Origin: Patescibacteria group bacterium
GTDB lineage: Bacteria > Patescibacteriota > Gracilibacteria > UBA1369 > UM-FILTER-53-11
Reading direction: 5' to 3'
Assembly: GCA_038062615.1 (NCBI GenBank)
Contig: JBBTWV010000012.1
Location: forward strand, 1 to 53,184
Length of the DNA: 53,184 bases
How positions within the stretch are numbered: position 1 is the stretch's first letter; each line of letters starts with the position of its first letter. The notes beneath the pieces were generated by a model. It did no database searches and was not told the DNA's origin. It worked only from the letters and a program-made list of their open reading frames with translations. The translations under genes and the position numbers were made by a program. Shown piece by piece: positions 1 to 7,799 of this stretch.

Positions 1-220
1 CTGCGGGAGGAGCAGTAATGAGTGCGACACAAGGTCTTCAAAATGTGGGTGATGCCGTCATGATGAAATATGACGAACGAAAAGGTGGTGATGGCGGAGA
101 TAAAAGCGGCGGAGACGCGCCAAGCAGTGCAGGAAATGGCAATCATAAGGATTAGGGTTGCGCTCTTCGAGCGCAGGTTATTTCTTAGGCCGCCCCCGCT
201 TTGGGACGTCATCGAACCTT

Positions 221-386
221 ATGGACATGCTGAAAAACAGATTATTGAAGCGAGCTTTTTGTATTTTGAGCGAAAACGCCGAAGCGCGAAAAAGGCGTAT
301 CAGGTTAGATACGACTTTGAGCGATGAGACGTTTGTAGCCAAAATACAAAAAGCGTAGCTTGTAAGATGTTTTTCAGCATGTCCAT
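221..386. repeat. Long-hairpin (LH) element, copy 1 of 4
   Basis: 19-bp perfect outer arms 221-239/368-386 (ATGGACATGCTGAAAAACA). 14-bp inner arms 255-268/340-353. Apex CGTATC(296-301)..GATACG(308-313). Shares CTGAAAAACAGATT, AGCGAAAA and the CGTATC-N-GATACG apex with 21551-21722 and 28857-29010. Confidence 0.8.
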
Positions 387-412
387 AGCCTGACCTCGCT
401 GAGGCTCGGCCT
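387..412 (+). repeat. GC-rich core repeat (GCR element), short copy
   Basis: AGCCTGACCTCGCTGAGGCTCGGCCT is a variant of the AGCCTCG-N-GCTCGGCCT core seen at 8 other sites. It contains the small hairpin CCTC-GCT-GAGG. Confidence 0.7.
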
Positions 413-416
413 GAGG

Positions 417-422
417 TATAAT
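417..422 (+). promoter_or_regulatory. -10 box (TATAAT) for gshA
   Basis: TATAAT lies 11 nt upstream of the ATG at 434. There is no purine-rich SD between them. Confidence 0.45.
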
Positions 423-433
423 GTTGGGGCTTT

Positions 434-1804
434 ATGCTCCAATACCTGGTTGAGAAATTTACCACCCATCAAAAGAAAATTGATGAGTGGTTCAGCAATA
501 TGGAAGAAAAAATCGGTGGGGATCCGGTGTACGCTTCCGTAGATTTACGTAACGCGGGTTACAAAATTGCGCCGGTGGATACGAATATTTTTCCTGGCGG
601 ATTTAATAATCTATGTCCAAGCTCACAGCGTGAAGCGGGAAAACTTTTCCGCGAATATATTCAAAAATACTATGCGGAGGCAAGGCGCATAGCCATCCTG
701 GCAGAAGAACACACCCGTAATTTGTACTATTTTGAAAATCTTTATCATCTCTCTTCGCTCATCAAAGCGGAAGGATTCGAGGTGGAAATTGCCAGCCTCT
801 CAGCAGATCTTCCGCAGGATAAAAATGAATTTGCGACTGCAGAAAAAAATACCATCACGATATGGAAGGCCAGCGTGCTGAATAATATTTTTAAAATATC
901 TCCATTCTCGCCCGATCTCATCCTCGTAAATAATGATTTTTCTGGTGGTGTTCCAGATGCGATCAAAAATATGGTTGCCCCGACGTCAGGTCGGGGCAGT
1001 AATAGCTTAGCCTCGCCACGGCTCGGCCTTATTGTTCAACCTATGGTGCCAACGCCACTTATAGGCTGGCACGCCAGACGGAAGAGTGACCACTTTAGCT
1101 GTTATCAGAGCCTTTCGCATGAGTTCGCGAAGCTGATTGATATTGATCCGTGGATTATTTTTGCGCCGTTTAGTGGAGTGGATGAAATTGACTTTGGCGA
1201 CTCCCAAAGTATGGAAAAACTCGCCGCTAAAGTGGATGAGGTTATAAAAGAAATTCAGCCTAAATATAAAGAGTACAAAATTCCACATGAACCTTTTGTG
1301 TTTGTAAAAAATGATGCGGGAACTTACGGCATGGCGGTTATGACGGCAAAATCAGGAGATGAACTTTTACATCTCAATAAAAAAGCGCGAAACGAAATGA
1401 AAGTTGGAAAAGGTAAACGGCTCGTCACGGAAGTAATTATTCAAGAAGGCATCCCTACCATTGACCGTTTTAAAGGGCTTACTGCCGAGCCCGTCATTTA
1501 CCTGGTGAACAACCAGGTCTCTGGAGCTTTTTTTAGGCTCAACGAAAACGCTGATGACCGCAGCAACCTCAACCAGCCGGGAATGAAATTTGCAAAATTA
1601 TGTTTCCACGAGATGATGGGCTACTCCAGCGAATATAATGGCGAGTGCGACCTAGAATGTTTAGGTATGGTATACAAGAACATAGCTCGAATTGCTTCCT
1701 TGGCAGCGGGATGCGAAATTCGTCAGCTGGAAAAGGTTGCGCCATCCGGGCGCATTATTGCTCTTAGCCTCGCTGAGGCTCGGCCTGAAAGCCAAAAAAC
1801 TTAA
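434..1804 (+). CDS. gshA: Glutamate-cysteine ligase (Acidithiobacillus-type GshA family)
   Basis: 456-aa ORF. The block VYASVDLRNAGYKIAPVDTNIFPGGFNNL matches my recollection of the TIGR02049-type GCL family. It is directly followed by gshB. It carries GCR element insertions at 978-1029 and 1766-1786. Confidence 0.7.
   Translation: MLQYLVEKFTTHQKKIDEWFSNMEEKIGGDPVYASVDLRNAGYKIAPVDTNIFPGGFNNLCPSSQREAGKLFREYIQKYYAEARRIAILAEEHTRNLYYFENLYHLSSLIKAEGFEVEIASLSADLPQDKNEFATAEKNTITIWKASVLNNIFKISPFSPDLILVNNDFSGGVPDAIKNMVAPTSGRGSNSLASPRLGLIVQPMVPTPLIGWHARRKSDHFSCYQSLSHEFAKLIDIDPWIIFAPFSGVDEIDFGDSQSMEKLAAKVDEVIKEIQPKYKEYKIPHEPFVFVKNDAGTYGMAVMTAKSGDELLHLNKKARNEMKVGKGKRLVTEVIIQEGIPTIDRFKGLTAEPVIYLVNNQVSGAFFRLNENADDRSNLNQPGMKFAKLCFHEMMGYSSEYNGECDLECLGMVYKNIARIASLAAGCEIRQLEKVAPSGRIIALSLAEARPESQKT
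978..1029 (+). repeat. GCR element, full-length copy inserted in frame in gshA
   Basis: Hairpin CCCCGAC-GTCAG-GTCGGGG, then spacer CAGTAATAGCTT, then core AGCCTCGCCACGGCTCGGCCT. Translated as PTSGRGSNSLASPRLGL. About 47/52 identical to 1959-2009. Confidence 0.85.
1766..1786 (+). repeat. GCR core copy forming the gshA C-terminal codons
   Basis: AGCCTCGCTGAGGCTCGGCCT is translated as (L)SLAEARP, 6 codons before the stop. Confidence 0.75.
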
Positions 1805-1815
1805 TCGCCAAAGAT

Positions 1816-2808
1816 ATGTACGCCAACCTTCTTTTCATTATTGACCCCCTGGAAACGCTCCATTTGGAGACCGACACCACATTTGCCATTATGGCCGAAG
1901 CGCATAAGCGGGGCCACCATGTGTGGACGGCAACGTCGGATGAGTTGTATATGGATGACCCGACCTCACGGCGTGGCAGTAATGGCTTAGCCTCGCCACG
2001 GCTCGGCCTGATCAGTGCTCAAGTTCCATGCGGACATGTGACGCAGATTTTTATTAAAAATAGGTCCTGGAAAAATGGAAATCAAAAAGATGCGCCGCTG
2101 GAGTCCTTCCCTGTCATCATGATGCGTAAAGATCCGCCTTTTTCCGGCGATTACATTTTGGCTACTTCCCTGCTCTCACTCGTGGATCCTCAAAAAACAT
2201 TTATCATAAATAATCCTGCCGCACTGCGAAACTTCAATGAAAAACTAGGGATTTTCCAGTTTCCGCAATTTATTCCAGAAACCATTGTCAGCAAGAAGAA
2301 TGCAGACTTTAATAGATTTTTGAAGAAACACAAAAAGATCGTCCTCAAGCCGCTTGAAGGTTTTGCAGGGCATGAAATTATTATACTGAGCGCCAATGAC
2401 AAAAATAAGAACTCACTTTTTGAGATGCTCACCAAACACGAAAAACGTTATTTGATGGCGCAAAAATATCTACCTGCCGTAGAAAAAGGCGATAAGCGCA
2501 TTCTCATTTTGGATGGTGAGATACTGGGTCAGCAAAATCGTATAGCTGCAAAAGATGATCACCGCAGCAATATTTCCGCTGGAGGGTCTTCACACCGAAC
2601 CCAGCTGAGTGCACACGAACGAGAAGTTGCCCAAACCGTTGGCCAAGCCCTAAAAGATCAAGGCATCTACTTTGCCGGTTTGGATTTAATTGGTGGATGC
2701 ATTACGGAAATTAATGTTACCAGCCCCACCGGCTTAGTAAAAATAAACGAGCATGAGGGTGCCCATTTAGAGAAGAAAGTGGTAGACTTCCTAGAAAAAT
2801 ATCTATGA
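1816..2808 (+). CDS. gshB: Glutathione synthetase (ATP-grasp)
   Basis: MRKDPPF, LKPLEGFAGHEI, GDKRILILDGE, NISAGGS and GGCITEINVTSPTG are collinear with prokaryotic GshB. It carries the in-frame GCR insertion at 1959-2009. Confidence 0.9.
   Translation: MYANLLFIIDPLETLHLETDTTFAIMAEAHKRGHHVWTATSDELYMDDPTSRRGSNGLASPRLGLISAQVPCGHVTQIFIKNRSWKNGNQKDAPLESFPVIMMRKDPPFSGDYILATSLLSLVDPQKTFIINNPAALRNFNEKLGIFQFPQFIPETIVSKKNADFNRFLKKHKKIVLKPLEGFAGHEIIILSANDKNKNSLFEMLTKHEKRYLMAQKYLPAVEKGDKRILILDGEILGQQNRIAAKDDHRSNISAGGSSHRTQLSAHEREVAQTVGQALKDQGIYFAGLDLIGGCITEINVTSPTGLVKINEHEGAHLEKKVVDFLEKYL
1959..2009 (+). repeat. GCR element, full-length copy inserted in frame in gshB
   Basis: CCCGACCTCACGGCGTGGCAGTAATGGCTTAGCCTCGCCACGGCTCGGCCT is translated as PTSRRGSNGLASPRLGL. 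It interrupts the region aligned to E. coli GshB DLYLINGE. Confidence 0.85.
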
Positions 2809-3596
2809 ACAAGTACCTCTCTATTCTTCGCTTGGGCTGGCTGGACGCAATGGAGTTCCGCACCGAATTTTTTGTAAGCATCGCGGGATGGAGCATCCGG
2901 CTCTTCATTGCCGTTTTTTTGTGGCTTGCGGTAGCCTCTGCACGCGGTGGCACCATCGGTAGCTATTCCTTCAACTCAATTCTCGTTTATTTTTTCATCG
3001 TCCAGACGATTTCAAGTTTCATTTTTTCACGCGTGGGGTTTGAAATGGCCTACGATATTTATCGCGGGGATTTTGCCAACTACATGCTCAAACCGCTCAA
3101 CTACATTGCCTTTCGGCTCATTTACGAGATGAGCAAAAATGCCCTGCGTACCACCATTTCCGCCGCTATATTCGGGGTTATCCTCTTTGCCGCATTTGGA
3201 GGCATCAGCTTGCCGCTTTGGAAAATTCCGCTGGGACTCCTCGCCATGCTGGGAGCCTACGGCGTTAATTCTTGCCTGATCATTATCATTGCCCTCAGCG
3301 CTTTTTGGATCACCAATGCCACACGGCTCACTTTTATTTATTTTGGCATTCTCACCACATTCTCTGGCATGCTCTTCCCCATTGATCTTTTCCCGCCAAA
3401 ATATGCAGCAATTTTTGAGTGGCTACCATTCCCCTATATTTTTTACTTCCCGGCAAAGATCATACAAGCATCGGCATTAACACCGGAGCTTTTGCGCGGA
3501 TTTATTTTTCAGTGGGGATACACATTGGTGCTTGGACTCATTGTAACTCTCATATACTACCGCGGCATAAAGAGGTTTGAAGCCATCGGACGATAA
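2805..3596 (+). CDS. ABC-2 family transporter permease (ABC2_membrane_6-like)
   Basis: 263 aa with about 6 hydrophobic spans. The start overlaps the gshB stop (ATGA). It is followed by a paralogous permease and an ABC ATPase. Confidence 0.7.
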   Translation: MNKYLSILRLGWLDAMEFRTEFFVSIAGWSIRLFIAVFLWLAVASARGGTIGSYSFNSILVYFFIVQTISSFIFSRVGFEMAYDIYRGDFANYMLKPLNYIAFRLIYEMSKNALRTTISAAIFGVILFAAFGGISLPLWKIPLGLLAMLGAYGVNSCLIIIIALSAFWITNATRLTFIYFGILTTFSGMLFPIDLFPPKYAAIFEWLPFPYIFYFPAKIIQASALTPELLRGFIFQWGYTLVLGLIVTLIYYRGIKRFEAIGR

Positions 3597-3605
3597 TATT
3601 TATCA

Positions 3606-4388
3606 ATGAAAACTCTCAAAATTTTTCTTAAACTGTGCGAACTCAATCTCAAAAAACTCCTCATTTATAGGGCGAGTTTTTTTATCTCACTCGCGCTTAT
3701 GGGTATGTGGGTAATGGCCTATGTGATTCTCATTGAGGTTATTTTTTATCACACCTCTACGCTGGCGGGGTGGAATAAAGGAAGCGTGCTTTTGGTGATG
3801 AGTTTCTATTATTTTGTACAGAATTTAAGCGACATATTTTTCAAAGAAAATTTTGAGCAATTTGGGGATAACCTGCGCCGCGGAGAACTGGATTTTAATA
3901 TTGTAAAACCAGCTCCTCTCCGGCTTTTAACCTTCTTTCGCGAAATTCGATTTGATCATGCGGCAGGTCTCCTCATTACGAGCGGCCTCTTTACTTACGC
4001 ATTTAAGAACCTTCCTGCGCCTATTTCGGTAAACCACCTTCTGCTCGGTTTCATCTTTGCGCTGGTATCCGTGGTTCTCTACTTCAGCATGCTTTCTATT
4101 ATTAGTACCATCACTTTCTGGATTCAAAAAAATGACACGTTTAGTGCGCTTATTTTTAATGTGACGCAGCTCTCAAGGTATCCGCGTCAAATTTATCGCC
4201 AAATCGTAGGGAAAATTCTTACTTTTGCCCTTCCGTTAGCCCTTTTAGGCTCACTCCCCGCAGAAGTTGCCGTGCAGTTTGAAAACGGCAGCTTGCCCAT
4301 CATCTTCATTGGGATTACGATTGGCTTCTACTTCCTGGGTCGGATTTTTTGGGAATATGGCCTCACCAAATACACTTCCGCTAACTAA
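3606..4388 (+). CDS. ABC-2 family transporter permease, second subunit
   Basis: 260 aa, polytopic. Same operon, lying between the first permease and the ATPase. Confidence 0.7.
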   Translation: MKTLKIFLKLCELNLKKLLIYRASFFISLALMGMWVMAYVILIEVIFYHTSTLAGWNKGSVLLVMSFYYFVQNLSDIFFKENFEQFGDNLRRGELDFNIVKPAPLRLLTFFREIRFDHAAGLLITSGLFTYAFKNLPAPISVNHLLLGFIFALVSVVLYFSMLSIISTITFWIQKNDTFSALIFNVTQLSRYPRQIYRQIVGKILTFALPLALLGSLPAEVAVQFENGSLPIIFIGITIGFYFLGRIFWEYGLTKYTSAN

Positions 4389-4403
4389 TCCAACAACTCC
4401 TAC

Positions 4404-5390
4404 ATGCCTTCATTCATCAGCGTTTCTCATCTCAAAAAAGTATTTAAACAGGACAAGCGGCAAGCGGGTTTAATTGGAGCAGTAAAAAGCCTTTTCCATC
4501 GTGAAAGCGTGGAAAAAGCCGCAGTGAAAGGCATTTCTTTTGATATTGAAGAAGGTGAATTCGTGGGATTTGTAGGCCCGAACGGCGCCGGCAAGACCAC
4601 CACTCTCAAAATGCTTTCGGGTATTTTGCATCCCACTTCAGGAGAAGTGAGCGTTATGGGATTCACTCCATGGAAGCGCCAGAGTGAGTTTCAAAAACAG
4701 TTTTCGCTGGTTATGGGGCAAAAAAATCAGATGTGGTTTGACTTGCCAGTGGAGGAAAGTTTTGAGTTCAACAGAGCGGTTTATGAAATTCCAAAAGACA
4801 TTTTTGAAAAACAAAAAAACATTTTGGTGGAACTTTTGGATATCGGCTCGCTTTTAAATACTCAAGTTCGCAAGCTTTCCCTGGGTGAGCGCATGAAGTG
4901 CGAACTGGCCACGGCGCTCTTACACAAGCCGCGCGTACTATTCCTGGACGAGCCGACGATTGGCCTGGATGTTATCTCTCAAAAAAATATTCGCGACTTT
5001 TTGAGTGAGTATAATCGCACCGAAAAAGCCACCATCATTTTGACTTCCCATTATATGGAAGATATTCGCCGCCTGTGCGAACGGGTGATGATCATTCATC
5101 ATGGGGAACTTATTTATAACGGCAGCTATCAGCAGCTCCGCGAAAAATACGCCGATACCAAAACCATCGAGTTGGTGTTAAGCGAGCGCGTGACGCAGGA
5201 TTCACTTTCCAAGTTGGGAACCGTTTCCGATTTTAGAGGGACAATGGCGCGGCTTACGGTACCGCGCGAGCGAGTCACCGAAGTCACCACCGAACTCCTT
5301 AAAAACTTCCCCGTAGATGACATTTCTATTCATGAAGAAAGTATGGAAGAAATTGTAAGTGAGATTTTTCAAGAGGCCACGACAAAATAA
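4404..5390 (+). CDS. ABC transporter ATP-binding protein
   Basis: Walker A GPNGAGKTT, signature LSLGERMK, Walker B VLFLDEPT, H-loop TSHYM. Confidence 0.9.
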   Translation: MPSFISVSHLKKVFKQDKRQAGLIGAVKSLFHRESVEKAAVKGISFDIEEGEFVGFVGPNGAGKTTTLKMLSGILHPTSGEVSVMGFTPWKRQSEFQKQFSLVMGQKNQMWFDLPVEESFEFNRAVYEIPKDIFEKQKNILVELLDIGSLLNTQVRKLSLGERMKCELATALLHKPRVLFLDEPTIGLDVISQKNIRDFLSEYNRTEKATIILTSHYMEDIRRLCERVMIIHHGELIYNGSYQQLREKYADTKTIELVLSERVTQDSLSKLGTVSDFRGTMARLTVPRERVTEVTTELLKNFPVDDISIHEESMEEIVSEIFQEATTK

Positions 5391-5436
5391 TTTCGCATGA
5401 ACATAGAACTTATCCATAAATAATCTTTCTACTGCA

Positions 5437-6669
5437 ATGCACAAAATCTTATTTATGGACAAGTTCAACTTCCAAATTTTCAAAAATGATTCAAGCTGCG
5501 CAGCACGTACTGGCCGTTTTGAAACGCCTCACGGCTCTTTTGAAACTCCCTGCTTCATGCCCTGCGGCACCAAAGGCGCCGTAAAAACGCTCACGCCCGA
5601 CGAGCTCAAATCACTCGGCTGTGAAATTATTTTAGGCAACACGTTTCATCTCATGCTGCGGCCCGGCGGTGAACTCGTCCAAAAAATGGGAGGGCTCCAA
5701 CATTGGACGAAGTGGAACGGCCCCATGCTTACAGACTCCGGCGGCTTCCAAGTTTTTTCATTATTGCATACGCTCGAACCTCACTCAGTCGCCAATCGCG
5801 GGGACGCTCTGGCTCCTTCATTCGGTTCTCGCGCTCGCGCTTTGCGCTCGCATGGACTTATAGAAAACATTAACGATGATGGGGTCACTTTTCGATCTCC
5901 GATTGACGGCAGCACCCACTACCTTACGCCAGAAAAGGCGATAGAGATTCAAGAACAGCTGGGTGCCGATATTATTATGGCATTTGACCACTGCCCGCCC
6001 GGTGATGCCAATTTTGAAGATGCCAAGCGGGCCATGAAACGCACTCACGAGTGGGCAAAGCGCTGTATGAAAGCCAAAACGAGAAGCGACCAAGCGCTCT
6101 TTCCTATTATTCAAGGTGGCATTCATACTGAGCTGCGCACCGAATCTGCAAAATTTATGGCGGCGCTGGATAGCCCAGGGATTGCGATTGGTGGCGTGGC
6201 CGTTGGCGAACCAAAGCCCTACATGCAAGCCGTTGTGGAGTGCGTCATGCCGCTATTACCAACAAATAAACCGCGGTACCTCATGGGAATTGGCGAACCA
6301 CTCGACATTCTTGAAAACATTGCACGCGGCGTAGACATGTTTGATTGTGTGGCACCTACGCGTCTGGCGCGCCACGGCAATTTTTGGACTCAATGTGGCC
6401 GGCGAAGCATTATGCTCAGTGAATTTACTCAGAGTGAAAAACCCATGGACGAGACTTGCCAGTGTTACACCTGCCAAAGATTCAGCCTCAGCTATTTGCG
6501 GCATCTCACTCAAGAAAAAGAAATGCTCTCTTCAAGGCTCCTTACTATTCACAATCTTCATTTCCTGTTAGATTTGATTCGCCAGGCAAGAAGCCATATT
6601 CATGGCAGCACCCTCAACCGTTTTATAAAAGAATTTTCCCGAAAATTTCATGAAGAAAAAATCTCCTAA
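5437..6669 (+). CDS. tgt: tRNA-guanine transglycosylase (queuine tRNA-ribosyltransferase) with a ~30-aa insertion
   Basis: TDSGGFQVFSL, GGVAVGE, PRYLMGIGEP, MFDCVAPTR and the Zn motif CQCYTCQ..H. Extra segment LHTLEPHSVANRGDALAPSFGSRARALRSHGL (5764-5859) follows FSL. Confidence 0.9.
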   Translation: MHKILFMDKFNFQIFKNDSSCAARTGRFETPHGSFETPCFMPCGTKGAVKTLTPDELKSLGCEIILGNTFHLMLRPGGELVQKMGGLQHWTKWNGPMLTDSGGFQVFSLLHTLEPHSVANRGDALAPSFGSRARALRSHGLIENINDDGVTFRSPIDGSTHYLTPEKAIEIQEQLGADIIMAFDHCPPGDANFEDAKRAMKRTHEWAKRCMKAKTRSDQALFPIIQGGIHTELRTESAKFMAALDSPGIAIGGVAVGEPKPYMQAVVECVMPLLPTNKPRYLMGIGEPLDILENIARGVDMFDCVAPTRLARHGNFWTQCGRRSIMLSEFTQSEKPMDETCQCYTCQRFSLSYLRHLTQEKEMLSSRLLTIHNLHFLLDLIRQARSHIHGSTLNRFIKEFSRKFHEEKIS

Positions 6670-7228
6670 GCCACTGACGAACTTCTTTTTTGAACTTGGT
6701 ATGCTCAAAAAGATTGAGCACTGTGGAAGCAAGTTTGCCGGCGTCAAACATCCCGACTCCCTTGGCGAGCACACTTGCCGCGCGGCACAAATAGGCTATG
6801 CCCTGGCCATTGAAGAAGGTGGCGATCCAGAAAAAGTGGCGGCCATGTGCCTCATGCACGACATGGGAGAAATTCGCGTCGGTGATTCTCATCGCATTGC
6901 CGACCGATATTTTGATGTAAAGCCGGCGGAAAAAGAAGCGGTTTTAGAACAAACGCAGCCCCTTCCAACTCATTTACGCGGAGACATTCGCAACATGTGG
7001 AAGGAGTTTCATGATCAAAAAACTCGTAACTCACAAATTGCCCGCGATGCCGATTTACTAGAAACCATGTTCCAGGCAAAAGAATATGTGGATACCGGTT
7101 ACAAGTCCGCAGCAAGATGGCTTGAGAATGGATCAAAATATCTCAAAACGGAGTCCGCCAAGAAGATCTTTAAAGAAATTACCAAAACTGCTTTTAGCGA
7201 CTGGTGGGACGACCTTAATAAGGTATAA
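6650..7228 (+). CDS. HD-domain phosphohydrolase (YfbR/COG1896-like)
   Basis: H..HD..E..GD pattern: GEHTCRAA ... CLMHDMGEIRVGD. Confidence 0.65.
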   Translation: MKKKSPKPLTNFFFELGMLKKIEHCGSKFAGVKHPDSLGEHTCRAAQIGYALAIEEGGDPEKVAAMCLMHDMGEIRVGDSHRIADRYFDVKPAEKEAVLEQTQPLPTHLRGDIRNMWKEFHDQKTRNSQIARDADLLETMFQAKEYVDTGYKSAARWLENGSKYLKTESAKKIFKEITKTAFSDWWDDLNKV

Positions 7229-7229
7229 T
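7224..7229 (+). promoter_or_regulatory. -10 box, 6 nt before the ruvA ATG (leaderless configuration)
   Basis: GGTATAAT-CACGCC-ATG. Confidence 0.45.
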
Positions 7230-7235
7230 CACGCC

Positions 7236-7799
7236 ATGATTGCCTTTCTTTCTGGCACCGTCCTCAGCAAACAAGACCGAACCCTCGTCCTCAACGTCAA
7301 CGGCGTGGGATATTTGGTTTTTGCCACCAAAGGACTTTTAGAAAAAACACCAATTGGGCAAGAACTCGCATTACATATTCATACCAACGTGCGAGAGGAC
7401 GACCTTTCCCTCTATGGATTTTTCACGCATGAGGAATGGCAGTTTTTCCGCTTACTGCTGACGGTTTCTGGCATTGGACCAAAATCTGCACTGGAAATTT
7501 TAAACGCGCCGCTCAAAGAAGTCCGCCAGGCTATTGCCAAAAAAGATGAGGTCTTCCTCACCCGGATTCCTGGAATTGGACGCAAGACAGCACAGCGCAT
7601 GATCGTAGACCTTCAAGGAAAAATTAAAGAAGAAATTTTGGAGGAAAGCACTCAGCCGGGAAGCCATAACGATGACATTGTACAAGCGCTTATCGCACTC
7701 GGGTATCATCGTCAGCATGTTCTCCAGGGTCTTAAAAAAATTCCCGCAGAGATCAACAACGAAGAAGCCATCATCAAGTATTTTTTGCAGAACATCTAA
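7236..7799 (+). CDS. ruvA: Holliday junction branch migration protein RuvA
   Basis: MIAFLSGTV..VNGVGYLV, VREDDLSLYGF, LLTVSGIGPKSALEIL. I trimmed the longer ORF (7086) to the conserved N-terminus. Confidence 0.9.
   Translation: MIAFLSGTVLSKQDRTLVLNVNGVGYLVFATKGLLEKTPIGQELALHIHTNVREDDLSLYGFFTHEEWQFFRLLLTVSGIGPKSALEILNAPLKEVRQAIAKKDEVFLTRIPGIGRKTAQRMIVDLQGKIKEEILEESTQPGSHNDDIVQALIALGYHRQHVLQGLKKIPAEINNEEAIIKYFLQNI

Noticed and set aside
18-155. 45-aa Gly/Asp-rich ORF (MSATQGLQNVGDAVMMKYDERKGGDGGDKSGG...) at the window edge.
   Set aside because: It is short and low-complexity, and its upstream context is not visible at the window boundary. I cannot support it as a gene.
70-465. ORFs 70-327, 158-358 and 178-465, plus the 75-aa ORF at 21551-21778.
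   Set aside because: They are read through long-hairpin repeat elements. Reading frames are open on both strands because of the palindromic symmetry.
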